Origin: an uncultured bacterium
GTDB taxonomy: Bacteria > Bacillota > Clostridia > Oscillospirales > CAG-272
Length of the DNA stretch: 63,031 nucleotides
Direction: 5' to 3'
Assembly (NCBI GenBank): GCA_949293405.1
Contig: CASFDI010000032.1
Location: forward strand, 1-63,031
Shown here: positions 16,101 to 24,386 of the stretch, in pieces
Layout: every line of letters starts with the position of its first letter
How positions within the stretch are numbered: position 1 is the first letter of the stretch
Notes under the pieces: model-generated
Told to the model about the DNA's origin: nothing
The model's database searches: none
What the model saw: the letters and a program-made list of their open reading frames with translations, nothing else
Made by a program: the position numbers and the translations under genes

Positions 16101-17327
16101 TTAATCCAGCACCAGGTGCACCGGCATACCGTCCCGCCAGACAAGAGCAGGTTCCCCTACAATCAGGGGCCGCAGATACTGCAAGCATTGCACGGTGATC
16201 TGATTGCCTTTACTATCGATGTAGGAATCGGGAACCTTGCGGATGCGGTTTGCAACTTCAGATACCGGAATACAACCCAGCGAGCACCTGTACGGTTCAT
16301 TTTCACGGATAAAAGTAACCATCAGTCCTGTTTTTCCCTGGCAAGCAAGCGAAACACCGGCCTCACCGGCGGAAAATGCCTCGGAGAGATCTGTTGCAGA
16401 GGCAACCGATGAGGCACAGCGCTGGCAAAGGCTCAGTTCGACAGAACGCACTTTACAGCCGATGGTTTCGCGAATGGCCTGCTCCAGGACTTTTCCGGTA
16501 CCGGCAAGATAACGATGGCCAAACACATCAGCAGCCCCGCTCTGACCGCCTTCCCCTACATATGTGCCGTCTGCAAATCGGATTCCCTCAGATACAGCCA
16601 CCAGCACATTGGGATGCACGGCAAGAGCATTCCGTATATCTTCAAGGAATGCATTCATATCAAAAACGCGTTCCGGCAGATAAATCAGATCCGGTCCGCC
16701 GTATCCGGCCAGCTGCGGCAATCCGGCCGCCGCAGTCAGCCATCCGGCATCCCGTCCCATGATCTCAACCACCGTTACCGCCGGAACGGTGTACACGGCA
16801 CAGTCGCGCAGCAGTTCCTGAATGGTTACCGCCACGAATTTTGCAGCACTGCCGAACCCGGGCGTGTGATCCGTTCCACACAGATCATTGTCTATGGTCT
16901 TCGGAATGCCGATGACCCGGATATCGTAATTCCGTTCTCTGGCATATGCGGCCACTTTATCCACTGTATCCATGCTGTCATTGCCGCCAATGTAGAAAAA
17001 GTAACGGATGTCGTATTTTGAAAACAGTTTAAACAGGCGCTCATACAGTTCCGGATCGTCCTCAAACGGAGGCAATTTCCTTCTGCAGGATCCGAGCGCT
17101 GCCCCGGGGGTCGTAATCAGCTCCTGCAGATCACGCCCCTGCGCGAACCGATCGGAAAGATTGATGATCTGTTCCCCGAGAAAGCCGTCAATCCCGTTTC
17201 TCATTCCATAGAGGGTACCGATCTGTTCCGCTTCAAGCGCCGCATGAATAACGCCAGCCAGCGTAGCATTGATGGCAGCGGTAGGGCCGCCGGGCTGTCC
17301 TACAATTGCATTTGACCGGATGTTCAT
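16101..17327 (-). CDS. pfp: pyrophosphate-dependent-type 6-phosphofructokinase
   Basis: PFK fold with GGNDS (16974-16988) in place of GGDGS and PKTIDND (16884-16904) in place of PGTIDND. MGR motif present. Confidence 0.85.
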   Translation of the reverse strand: MNIRSNAIVGQPGGPTAAINATLAGVIHAALEAEQIGTLYGMRNGIDGFLGEQIINLSDRFAQGRDLQELITTPGAALGSCRRKLPPFEDDPELYERLFKLFSKYDIRYFFYIGGNDSMDTVDKVAAYARERNYDIRVIGIPKTIDNDLCGTDHTPGFGSAAKFVAVTIQELLRDCAVYTVPAVTVVEIMGRDAGWLTAAAGLPQLAGYGGPDLIYLPERVFDMNAFLEDIRNALAVHPNVLVAVSEGIRFADGTYVGEGGQSGAADVFGHRYLAGTGKVLEQAIRETIGCKVRSVELSLCQRCASSVASATDLSEAFSAGEAGVSLACQGKTGLMVTFIRENEPYRCSLGCIPVSEVANRIRKVPDSYIDSKGNQITVQCLQYLRPLIVGEPALVWRDGMPVHLVLD

Positions 17328-18223
17328 GTGTTCTCTTCCTTTCTATTCAGACGTTGCCGTTCTGTAAACAGATACGACCGTCCGCAAAAACGGCAGTTTG
17401 CCTCCAGTTCACGAGGCTTCCCTTCCGCCTCCTGTTCGTCAAGCAGTTGTTCCAGTTGTTTTTGACCGAGCCGTCTGAGTCCCGAAAGCATCCGCTGTCT
17501 GCTGCAGTCGCAGCGGTAGGATACCTCCAACTGATCAAAAGTATCGAAAGGAATATCCCGCAGGGCAACGCCGGCAATATCGGTCAGTGTCATGCCGTCA
17601 TGAAGCAGCGCGGAAATGTTGTTCAGGTCGGCCGCATTGCGTTCCAGCAAGGAAACGGTCTCTTCATCCGCAAACGGAAGCAGCTGTACAATCACACCGC
17701 CCGCGGCAAGGCAACTGCCGTCCGGATTGATCAGGACTCCCAGCGCGCAAACCGTGGGGATCTGTTCACTCTCGGCATAGAATGCCGCAATGTCTTCCGC
17801 AATTTCACCCGAGCGCAGCGAGACGGTGCCGGTGTGCGGTTCCCCGTTTCCGTCGTCACGCACCATGTACAGCACGCCCTTGCCTACTGCCCTGCCGACA
17901 TCCAGCTTCCCGTTTGCCTTCCGCGGCGGATCGGCAAGCGGATGCTCAATATACCCTTTTACATTTCCGTAATAGTCCCCCACGGCGATCAGACGGCCCG
18001 TCTCTCCGTCTCCCTGAACGCCCACGGTCAACTGATTGTTCTGCTCTCCCATCAAAGATGCCATCATGGAAGTGGCTGTAAGCAACCGTCCGAGAGCCGC
18101 GCTTGCCGTAGGCGCGGTATGGTGGACCGCAATTGCGCTGTTGACCACCGCCGTCGAATCCATGACCAGAATCCGCGCACTGCCGTCCCGGGTCATGCCT
18201 CTTAAAATTTTTGAAGATTCCAT
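17324..18223 (-). CDS. hslO: redox-regulated chaperone Hsp33
   Basis: N-terminal region is typical of Hsp33. The C-terminal zinc centre is CDCS...CRFCG. 4-nt overlap with pfp. Confidence 0.88.
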   Translation of the reverse strand: MESSKILRGMTRDGSARILVMDSTAVVNSAIAVHHTAPTASAALGRLLTATSMMASLMGEQNNQLTVGVQGDGETGRLIAVGDYYGNVKGYIEHPLADPPRKANGKLDVGRAVGKGVLYMVRDDGNGEPHTGTVSLRSGEIAEDIAAFYAESEQIPTVCALGVLINPDGSCLAAGGVIVQLLPFADEETVSLLERNAADLNNISALLHDGMTLTDIAGVALRDIPFDTFDQLEVSYRCDCSRQRMLSGLRRLGQKQLEQLLDEQEAEGKPRELEANCRFCGRSYLFTERQRLNRKEENT

Positions 18224-18228
18224 ATCAT

Positions 18229-18993
18229 TCAGTCCTTTTTGACACGCGTAATGAAATACAGCCGCTCATCATTTTCCCTGTCTGGCCGGTGATCGATATC
18301 TCCGGAGATCTCAAGGATTTCAAAATGATGGCGCTGTAACTGTGAGATCAGCTCTTCCCTGGTATACATGCGTTCGGCCGTATGTGAATCCGAGCGACGG
18401 TACTGATGGGTCGGAGTCTCGGTAAAAAGTGAAATATAGAAATCACACAATCCCTTTTCTTCACAAAATGCATTCTGCCAGGCACAGAAAACATGTTTGT
18501 CCTCCAGGATATAGGCCTGTGTCCCGTAGATGTTGCGGAATTTGTAGGGGCTGTTGACATCGAACAGAAACAGGCCGTCAGGCGAGACATAATTATGCAC
18601 CAGGCGCAGACACCGGGATAACTGTCCCTGACCGGTGAGGTGATTGAGCCCGTCCAGGCAGCACACAGCCGCTTCCACCGTCCCGTAGAGTTCAAAGGAA
18701 CACATATCCTGACAGAGCCAGAGTACCTTGTCCTGACAGCGGGCTGTATCGGCACGGTTTCTGGCAATGCTCAGCATTTCGGGTGAAAGATCCACCCCCA
18801 CCATATCATATCCGCGTGCAGCAAGTGCCAGCGTCATGGAACCGGTGCCGCACCCAAGGTCCAGCACATCGTGTATCGGAGTGACAGCATAGCGATTAAT
18901 GCTTTCATGAATATAATCCGCCCATCGCTCATAATCGATATCACGATTGAGCACATCGTAAAACGGGGCCAGATCACGGTAAATGCTGTCCAT
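18229..18993 (-). CDS. class I SAM-dependent methyltransferase (substrate unknown)
   Basis: [12 protein letters not shown] motif I and DLSPEML. I prefer the second ATG (18991-18993) because AAGGAGG (19000-19006) then lies 6 nt upstream. The start lies 20 nt inside the helicase gene. Confidence 0.8.
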   Translation of the reverse strand: MDSIYRDLAPFYDVLNRDIDYERWADYIHESINRYAVTPIHDVLDLGCGTGSMTLALAARGYDMVGVDLSPEMLSIARNRADTARCQDKVLWLCQDMCSFELYGTVEAAVCCLDGLNHLTGQGQLSRCLRLVHNYVSPDGLFLFDVNSPYKFRNIYGTQAYILEDKHVFCAWQNAFCEEKGLCDFYISLFTETPTHQYRRSDSHTAERMYTREELISQLQRHHFEILEISGDIDHRPDRENDERLYFITRVKKD

Positions 18994-21241
18994 GGGCATC
19001 CTCCTTCTTTTCTTCCGTCATTGTCCCGCAGAAGCGCCGGATGACTTCTTCTCCGTTGAGCCGGTCCTCGGCAAATGCCAGACGCAAAAGCTCCGGCGGA
19101 ATCACATCGTCAAATTTATCAAAAGCGGGACATTCCGCATCGCTGACCAACTCACGCACATGGATGCCCTCACGGCGCAGACAGCGCGCAATATTTTCCT
19201 CAAGGGCTGCTCCTGCCTGCTGTTCTGCACGGAAGGTGATGTAATAGCATCCTTCCCGCTGGATTCCGCTGATACCGAACTGCGCCGCATGACGCAACAG
19301 ATACCGGTGCAGCGCCTGACAGGCGCGCGTCCCCAGCCACGGAAACAGCACCCACTGCATTCCCCCGATCGGGACCGACATGCGTTCGGAGAGGCGCGCT
19401 TTGCGCGCCAGTTTCCGCGCCGATGCAAGTCTTGCGGCGGCGTTTGGCATCAGATACCGGTATTCCTTATCACAGAGCAGGATTTCACGCATTTTTTCCA
19501 GGATCCGTGTATGCACAAATCCGGAATCCCCGGGCCAGGATATTTCTTTTTTCCCTTCCAGGTATTTTACGAAAATCAGATGCCGCTGCAGATCGGTATC
19601 CAACACTTCCCACAGTTTCCCTGCCAAGGCGAAAGTTTCCCCGATTGCAGGGGCGTCCGCAATGGTACCGATCTCCTCCGATCCGCACCGTACCGTGAAG
19701 TCTTCACTGTCCTTGAACACCGCATAAAAGCGGAATGATGAAATCACCCGCTCCCCCTTCAGTCCGATACCGAGCGACCGGTCTTCGTGAATCATCAGAT
19801 AGTCCTGCTCTACCATAGAGCGCAAAAGTTCCCGGTAGTGCTCACGCTCAAGCAAGGCAAAAGGCGGGTACGACAGCAACTGCTTCGCCAGTTCAGCAGG
19901 GGGCACGGAGCCCCGTGAAGCAACGATACTCAGCGTCTGGTGGAACGCCAGGCTGAACGGAAACCGCCGCGGCACAGGAGGCTCCAGGAAGCGGTCCTCG
20001 GTATACAGTTCAATCACCGCGATGCTCTTGAGCAACTCCCAGGGAATCAACTGCGGCAGAGGAGTATTGGGGAGAGGGGACTCTTCCCGGCAGATCACGA
20101 CCATCTCAGGCGGATTACCCCGTCTGCCGCTTCTGCCCAGACGCTGCAGAAAAGAAGCAACCGTATTGGGCGCCCCCATCTGCGCCACGCGGTCAAGCCG
20201 CCCGATATCGACCCCCAGTTCCATGGTTACTGTGGCGCAGGTGACCGCGACCGGAACAGACGGATCCTTCATTTTGGTTTCGGCCTCCTCCCGGATGGCG
20301 GCCGAGAGGTTTCCGTGATGAATCAGGAATACATCGGGCTCCTTACGCAGGCGTGCAATCTGACGCAGAGTCGCAGTCACCACTTCCGTCTCCTCGCGCG
20401 AATTGGAGAACACCAGACACTTCCGGTCCCGGACGCAATCATACAGGTACTCATAACCTGCGTCGATCGAGGCGTGACCGCCCGAATCCTCCCCGACCGG
20501 AACATCCTGCTTCTCATCCGGATTGGCAATATAGAAGTGCGCGACCCCCAGTTTCATCAACCGTTTCTGCTCCGGCGGCGGCGGTGCCTGTGTGGCGCGT
20601 CCGGAGCCTGAACCGAGCCAGGCGGCTGCAACGCGCAGGTCACCGACCGTGGCGCTGAGTCCGATCCGGCGCGGATGATGTCCGATCGCGCGTGCCAGCC
20701 TGCACAGCTGGCACAGAATCTGATTGCCGCGGTCAGAACCGATCATGGTATGAATCTCATCCAGAATGACAAATCTCAGCGCACCGAAAATCGCATGGAT
20801 AGAAGAAGAACGGTTGATCAGCAGACTCTCCAGCGACTCGGGCGTAATCTGAAGAATGCCGCGCGGGTCCTTGAGAAGGCGTGTTTTATGAGAAGCGCTG
20901 ACATCGCCGTGCCAGTGACAAACCGGAACACCGCTCATGTCCAGCAACTCATCGAGGCGCAGGAACTGATCGTTAATCAGACTCTTGAGCGGAGCAATAT
21001 ACAGAACCTGCACACCGGCAACCGTGTCGGCATGCCTCTCAAGATCCGCCAGGACCGGGAAAAAGGCTGCTTCGGTTTTTCCGGATGCAGTTGGCGAGGA
21101 AAGAAGCAGATTGTCATCGGTCTGCAGAATAACGCGTGCAGCATCGATCTGTGTCTGACGCAATTCTGTCCAGCCGTTGCGGTAAATAAATTCCCGAATA
21201 TAATCGGGAAACTCTGCGAATATACGGTCGGCTTCGGTCAT
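18974..21241 (-). CDS. Lhr-like DEAH-box SF2 helicase (Shango SngC / BREX BrxHI-like)
   Basis: Motifs PTASGKT (I), DEIH (II), SAT (III) and QRLGRSGRRG (VI), followed by a ~330-aa Lhr-type C-terminal extension. Confidence 0.8.
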   Translation of the reverse strand: MTEADRIFAEFPDYIREFIYRNGWTELRQTQIDAARVILQTDDNLLLSSPTASGKTEAAFFPVLADLERHADTVAGVQVLYIAPLKSLINDQFLRLDELLDMSGVPVCHWHGDVSASHKTRLLKDPRGILQITPESLESLLINRSSSIHAIFGALRFVILDEIHTMIGSDRGNQILCQLCRLARAIGHHPRRIGLSATVGDLRVAAAWLGSGSGRATQAPPPPEQKRLMKLGVAHFYIANPDEKQDVPVGEDSGGHASIDAGYEYLYDCVRDRKCLVFSNSREETEVVTATLRQIARLRKEPDVFLIHHGNLSAAIREEAETKMKDPSVPVAVTCATVTMELGVDIGRLDRVAQMGAPNTVASFLQRLGRSGRRGNPPEMVVICREESPLPNTPLPQLIPWELLKSIAVIELYTEDRFLEPPVPRRFPFSLAFHQTLSIVASRGSVPPAELAKQLLSYPPFALLEREHYRELLRSMVEQDYLMIHEDRSLGIGLKGERVISSFRFYAVFKDSEDFTVRCGSEEIGTIADAPAIGETFALAGKLWEVLDTDLQRHLIFVKYLEGKKEISWPGDSGFVHTRILEKMREILLCDKEYRYLMPNAAARLASARKLARKARLSERMSVPIGGMQWVLFPWLGTRACQALHRYLLRHAAQFGISGIQREGCYYITFRAEQQAGAALEENIARCLRREGIHVRELVSDAECPAFDKFDDVIPPELLRLAFAEDRLNGEEVIRRFCGTMTEEKKEDAHGQHLP

Positions 21242-21249
21242 ATTTCACC

Positions 21250-22590
21250 TCAGAATTCAAGATCGTCAAAAGAGATCGACGCCCCCGGTCCTGCAGCCTG
21301 CCCGGCAGGCGTATCCTGCGAATCTGACAATATCTGCTCGAAAGTAAGATCAGGATTTTCACGAAGCATATGCAAAACCGTCATGAAATCCCGGATCATC
21401 TCGCGAGGGGTTACCATTTCACCGGCACCCGGCCGGGAAAGCTGAGCCGAAAGAAACTGCTCCATCTGTGCAGCTGTAAGCTGCTCCTGTGTCCCCTCCA
21501 GCATGGCTGAAAGTTTCGACAGCCGGGTGATCAGGGCGAGCAACTCGTTGGGGGACAGAGCCTGCAGACGGATCACCGGAGAGGATAGATTCTGATAGCC
21601 GGCTTTTACGTACCGGCTGTCAGTCAGGCGGGAACGCAACGCGTCATAACTGAACAGTCCGCGTCTGGTGTCCTCCAGAAACTGCGGCGTCCCCCCGAAT
21701 ATAACGCCGAGGTGCGGTGCCAGCCCCTGCAGTGTATCGTTGAAAATACCGAGCATCTTTTCGTAATTTGCTTCACGGGCGATGCGGTTGGGGATCTTAT
21801 ACAGGTTGACGCACTCGTCAATGCATACCAGCAATCCCTTGTAACCAAGACGGACCGCCAGACATGCCCACAGTTTCATATAATCGTACCAGTTATCATC
21901 CCGGACAATATCGCTGACCGGTACCGGAAGTGCAGCGCGTGCCTCGGTTTTTGTCCCGAATTCCCCACGCAGAAAGCGCAGGCAGGCCTCCTCTTCTGCG
22001 TCCGCCCCACGGAAAAAAGCACGGAAATATGCCCGCAGTACCATCACAAAATCAAAACCGCAAACCTGGTCCGAAAGTCCGGCAAGCAGCCGCTCCGCAG
22101 TTGCTTCGGCAATGCTGCGTCCTTCCTCGGTGTCAGGCTTCTGCCCGGACTGGGCAAGCGATGCTGAAATTTCACTGCAGGAGCGACCGAGAACAGCGCT
22201 CAGTGCCATGCCGTTCGGGCACAGCCGGGAGGAAAGATTGTGAATAAGTTCCCGGTCAGTGGCAAGGCCGCCGCCGTTTCCTCCCGTAAGCCTTCGTTCG
22301 GGAGAGAGATCGGCGTCAGCGCACAGAAAATCACGCTCGAGCGCATTCCCGCGGATCAGTTGAATCAGGAAGCTCTTTCCGCTTCCGTAACGCCCAATCA
22401 GAAAGCGGGTAAAAGATCCGCCATCGGCACAGGTCTCCAGATTCTCAAGAAGTGAAGCAATTTCCTGTGTTCTGCCGATTGCAATGTAAGGAGCGCCGCT
22501 GCGCGGGACAACCCCGTTCGAAAGCGAATCGAGCAGTATTTTCAGAATCCGTTTTGGTATTCTGCCTTCATTTAACACACGAGCATCCAT
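21250..22590 (-). CDS. DUF2791-type P-loop ATPase (Shango SngB / BREX BrxD-like)
   Basis: Walker A GRYGSGKS (aa 66-73), Walker B LLVCIDE, ~446 aa. The N-terminal region before the P-loop and the overall layout match my recollection of DUF2791. Confidence 0.7.
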   Translation of the reverse strand: MDARVLNEGRIPKRILKILLDSLSNGVVPRSGAPYIAIGRTQEIASLLENLETCADGGSFTRFLIGRYGSGKSFLIQLIRGNALERDFLCADADLSPERRLTGGNGGGLATDRELIHNLSSRLCPNGMALSAVLGRSCSEISASLAQSGQKPDTEEGRSIAEATAERLLAGLSDQVCGFDFVMVLRAYFRAFFRGADAEEEACLRFLRGEFGTKTEARAALPVPVSDIVRDDNWYDYMKLWACLAVRLGYKGLLVCIDECVNLYKIPNRIAREANYEKMLGIFNDTLQGLAPHLGVIFGGTPQFLEDTRRGLFSYDALRSRLTDSRYVKAGYQNLSSPVIRLQALSPNELLALITRLSKLSAMLEGTQEQLTAAQMEQFLSAQLSRPGAGEMVTPREMIRDFMTVLHMLRENPDLTFEQILSDSQDTPAGQAAGPGASISFDDLEF

Positions 22591-24230
22591 GATTTCAACT
22601 CCTCACTATACTCTTCGACCACATGATATCCGGACGCATCTTCTTCAATAACGGTATCGCCTACCGTCTCAATCAGTGCCGCATTGACAGCCTCCGCAAG
22701 TGCCGATTCGGGCAAACCACACTGCTGCAAAAGGGCGGTTACTGCCAGTCGGTCGCCGCTCAGGAGGGCGCCTGCATACTGCTTCGCCGTCTCATCGCCC
22801 GAACGGGAGCGCTGGGTTGCGTCCACAGAAGAGTCCTGACGCACAAATCCGTCTGTCTGTTCCTGTCCGGACGCCGGAATACGGTCTGCCGGCGTCGGGT
22901 CAGCAGCGGAATCTTCTGTTCCGGGTTCCGGCTGCCAGGGCAGAACGGTAAGCCGTTCCGCATTGATCCAGGAATCCTGTTCAATGCGGGCTGCCGCACC
23001 CGCATCCAGCACACTGTCACATGCGTCATACCGTGATTCATAAGCCGGGCGCGTCATCGTGGTCCGCTCAGCTTCCTTCTGTTGTTGCTGTAAACGAAAA
23101 TGCGGCTCAAAAAATGCGTCCAGCATCTCACGGAACGGAACATCGGCGGCATTTACCGTCAAGCGACTGCGATAACTGTTCAACTGCCTGATTTTATTTT
23201 CCGTATATTTCACAGCTGCTGTAATCTGTTTGCGCCATGTTTCGGCGTGTGAAGCAGGACGGTACGATAATTCGATCCGGCATTTGTTCTCTTCGCAACA
23301 GACCGCTCCCAGAAAAGGCGTATGCGAATAGACGGTCGGTTCGGATGTGTCCGATCTCCTGTCTTCCAATAACCGTTCAACCACATGCCGCAGAACTGCA
23401 AGCATCAGTCCGATCCGTTCGTTCCGCGATTCCCCGTCAAACAGACGGCTTGCCTGCCAGCGATAATCTGAAAAAAGATCAATCAGGGCAATCAACTGAT
23501 CATTTCCCTCACAAGCCTGCCGGCATGCCAGATAGAACTCAGGCACCGCAAAACCAAGTGTAGCGGTATGCGGCACCTCCCTGAGCAGCTGCAGCGGAGG
23601 CGCTGTTCTGTGCAGCAGACAATAACTGAACAGATGCATGGACATGTACTTATGAATGGATGGGAAGTGTTTTCCGTATGCGGACCAGAGGCGACACAGA
23701 ATCTGTACCCCCTGCTGCGGCGGGATGGTATCGGAGAAATTCAGGACTTCATACACATACAGCCAGAAATAACTCTCTCCGGTATCCGGATATATTCCGC
23801 CGCGCACACAGGAACGCCAATACAGATACCAGCGGATCTGCTGATCGTCCAGCAAATGATACTGCGGCACCGTAGCGTAAAACGGCACAAAAGGCGCCTT
23901 ACTTCCCTCTTTGGAAAGCATGGGCCTGCCATCCCGGCGGAATCCGGCAAAGTACGGATACGGATGAACCGAACGATAAATGCTCACCCGATCGAAAAAC
24001 GGATTCCAATCCGGACAGTACTGCTCAGACAGCGCCTCATCTGCCACAGCAGTCAGAATACGCTGTCCTGCGTTCTCTGCCGGTTCCTTTGCGTGCTCCC
24101 GTGTATACACCGGCTGAACAGGCCTCTGTGTTGCAAACGGGCGTGACACCGGTCGGGGAGATGATTTCGGAAGGAGGCGGGAAATGTCCCAGAACGAATC
24201 TTCGTCCGGATCATTTTTTCGGTCGTTCAT
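22572..24230 (-). CDS. TerB-N/TerB-C domain protein (Shango SngA-like)
   Basis: aa 113-165 read FVPFYATVPQYHLLDDQQIRWYLYWRSCVRGGIYPDTGESYFWLYVYEVLN, which I recognise as the TerB-N signature. The C-terminal ~100 aa (...AVNAALIETVGDTVIEEDASGYHVVEEYSEEL) are TerB-C-like. AAAGGAG lies 7 nt before the ATG. Confidence 0.7.
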   Translation of the reverse strand: MNDRKNDPDEDSFWDISRLLPKSSPRPVSRPFATQRPVQPVYTREHAKEPAENAGQRILTAVADEALSEQYCPDWNPFFDRVSIYRSVHPYPYFAGFRRDGRPMLSKEGSKAPFVPFYATVPQYHLLDDQQIRWYLYWRSCVRGGIYPDTGESYFWLYVYEVLNFSDTIPPQQGVQILCRLWSAYGKHFPSIHKYMSMHLFSYCLLHRTAPPLQLLREVPHTATLGFAVPEFYLACRQACEGNDQLIALIDLFSDYRWQASRLFDGESRNERIGLMLAVLRHVVERLLEDRRSDTSEPTVYSHTPFLGAVCCEENKCRIELSYRPASHAETWRKQITAAVKYTENKIRQLNSYRSRLTVNAADVPFREMLDAFFEPHFRLQQQQKEAERTTMTRPAYESRYDACDSVLDAGAAARIEQDSWINAERLTVLPWQPEPGTEDSAADPTPADRIPASGQEQTDGFVRQDSSVDATQRSRSGDETAKQYAGALLSGDRLAVTALLQQCGLPESALAEAVNAALIETVGDTVIEEDASGYHVVEEYSEELKSWMLVC

Positions 24231-24262
24231 GGTCGCACTCCTTTCCTGATGCTATTCATACT

Positions 24263-24291
24263 ATTATAGCATGCGGGTGCTTGCTTGTCAA
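24263..24291 (-). promoter_or_regulatory. consensus sigma-A promoter of the TerB-ATPase-helicase operon
   Basis: Minus strand has TTGACA (24286-24291), a 17-nt spacer and TATAAT (24263-24268), about 30 nt upstream of the start codon. Confidence 0.7.
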
Positions 24292-24333
24292 GAAAGCGCA
24301 TTTCAATTCGCTCCTGCAACCGTTGCCGTCCCG

Positions 24334-24375
24334 AAAAAAAGACCGGCATTTTCCACTTGGCGGAAAATGCCGGTC
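24334..24375 (-). terminator. intrinsic terminator of ltaS
   Basis: GACCGGCATTTTCC / GGAAAATGCCGGTC 14-bp stem (24341-24375). On the minus strand it is followed by TTTTTTT (24334-24340). Confidence 0.8.
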
Positions 24376-24386
24376 AGAATCTGCAC

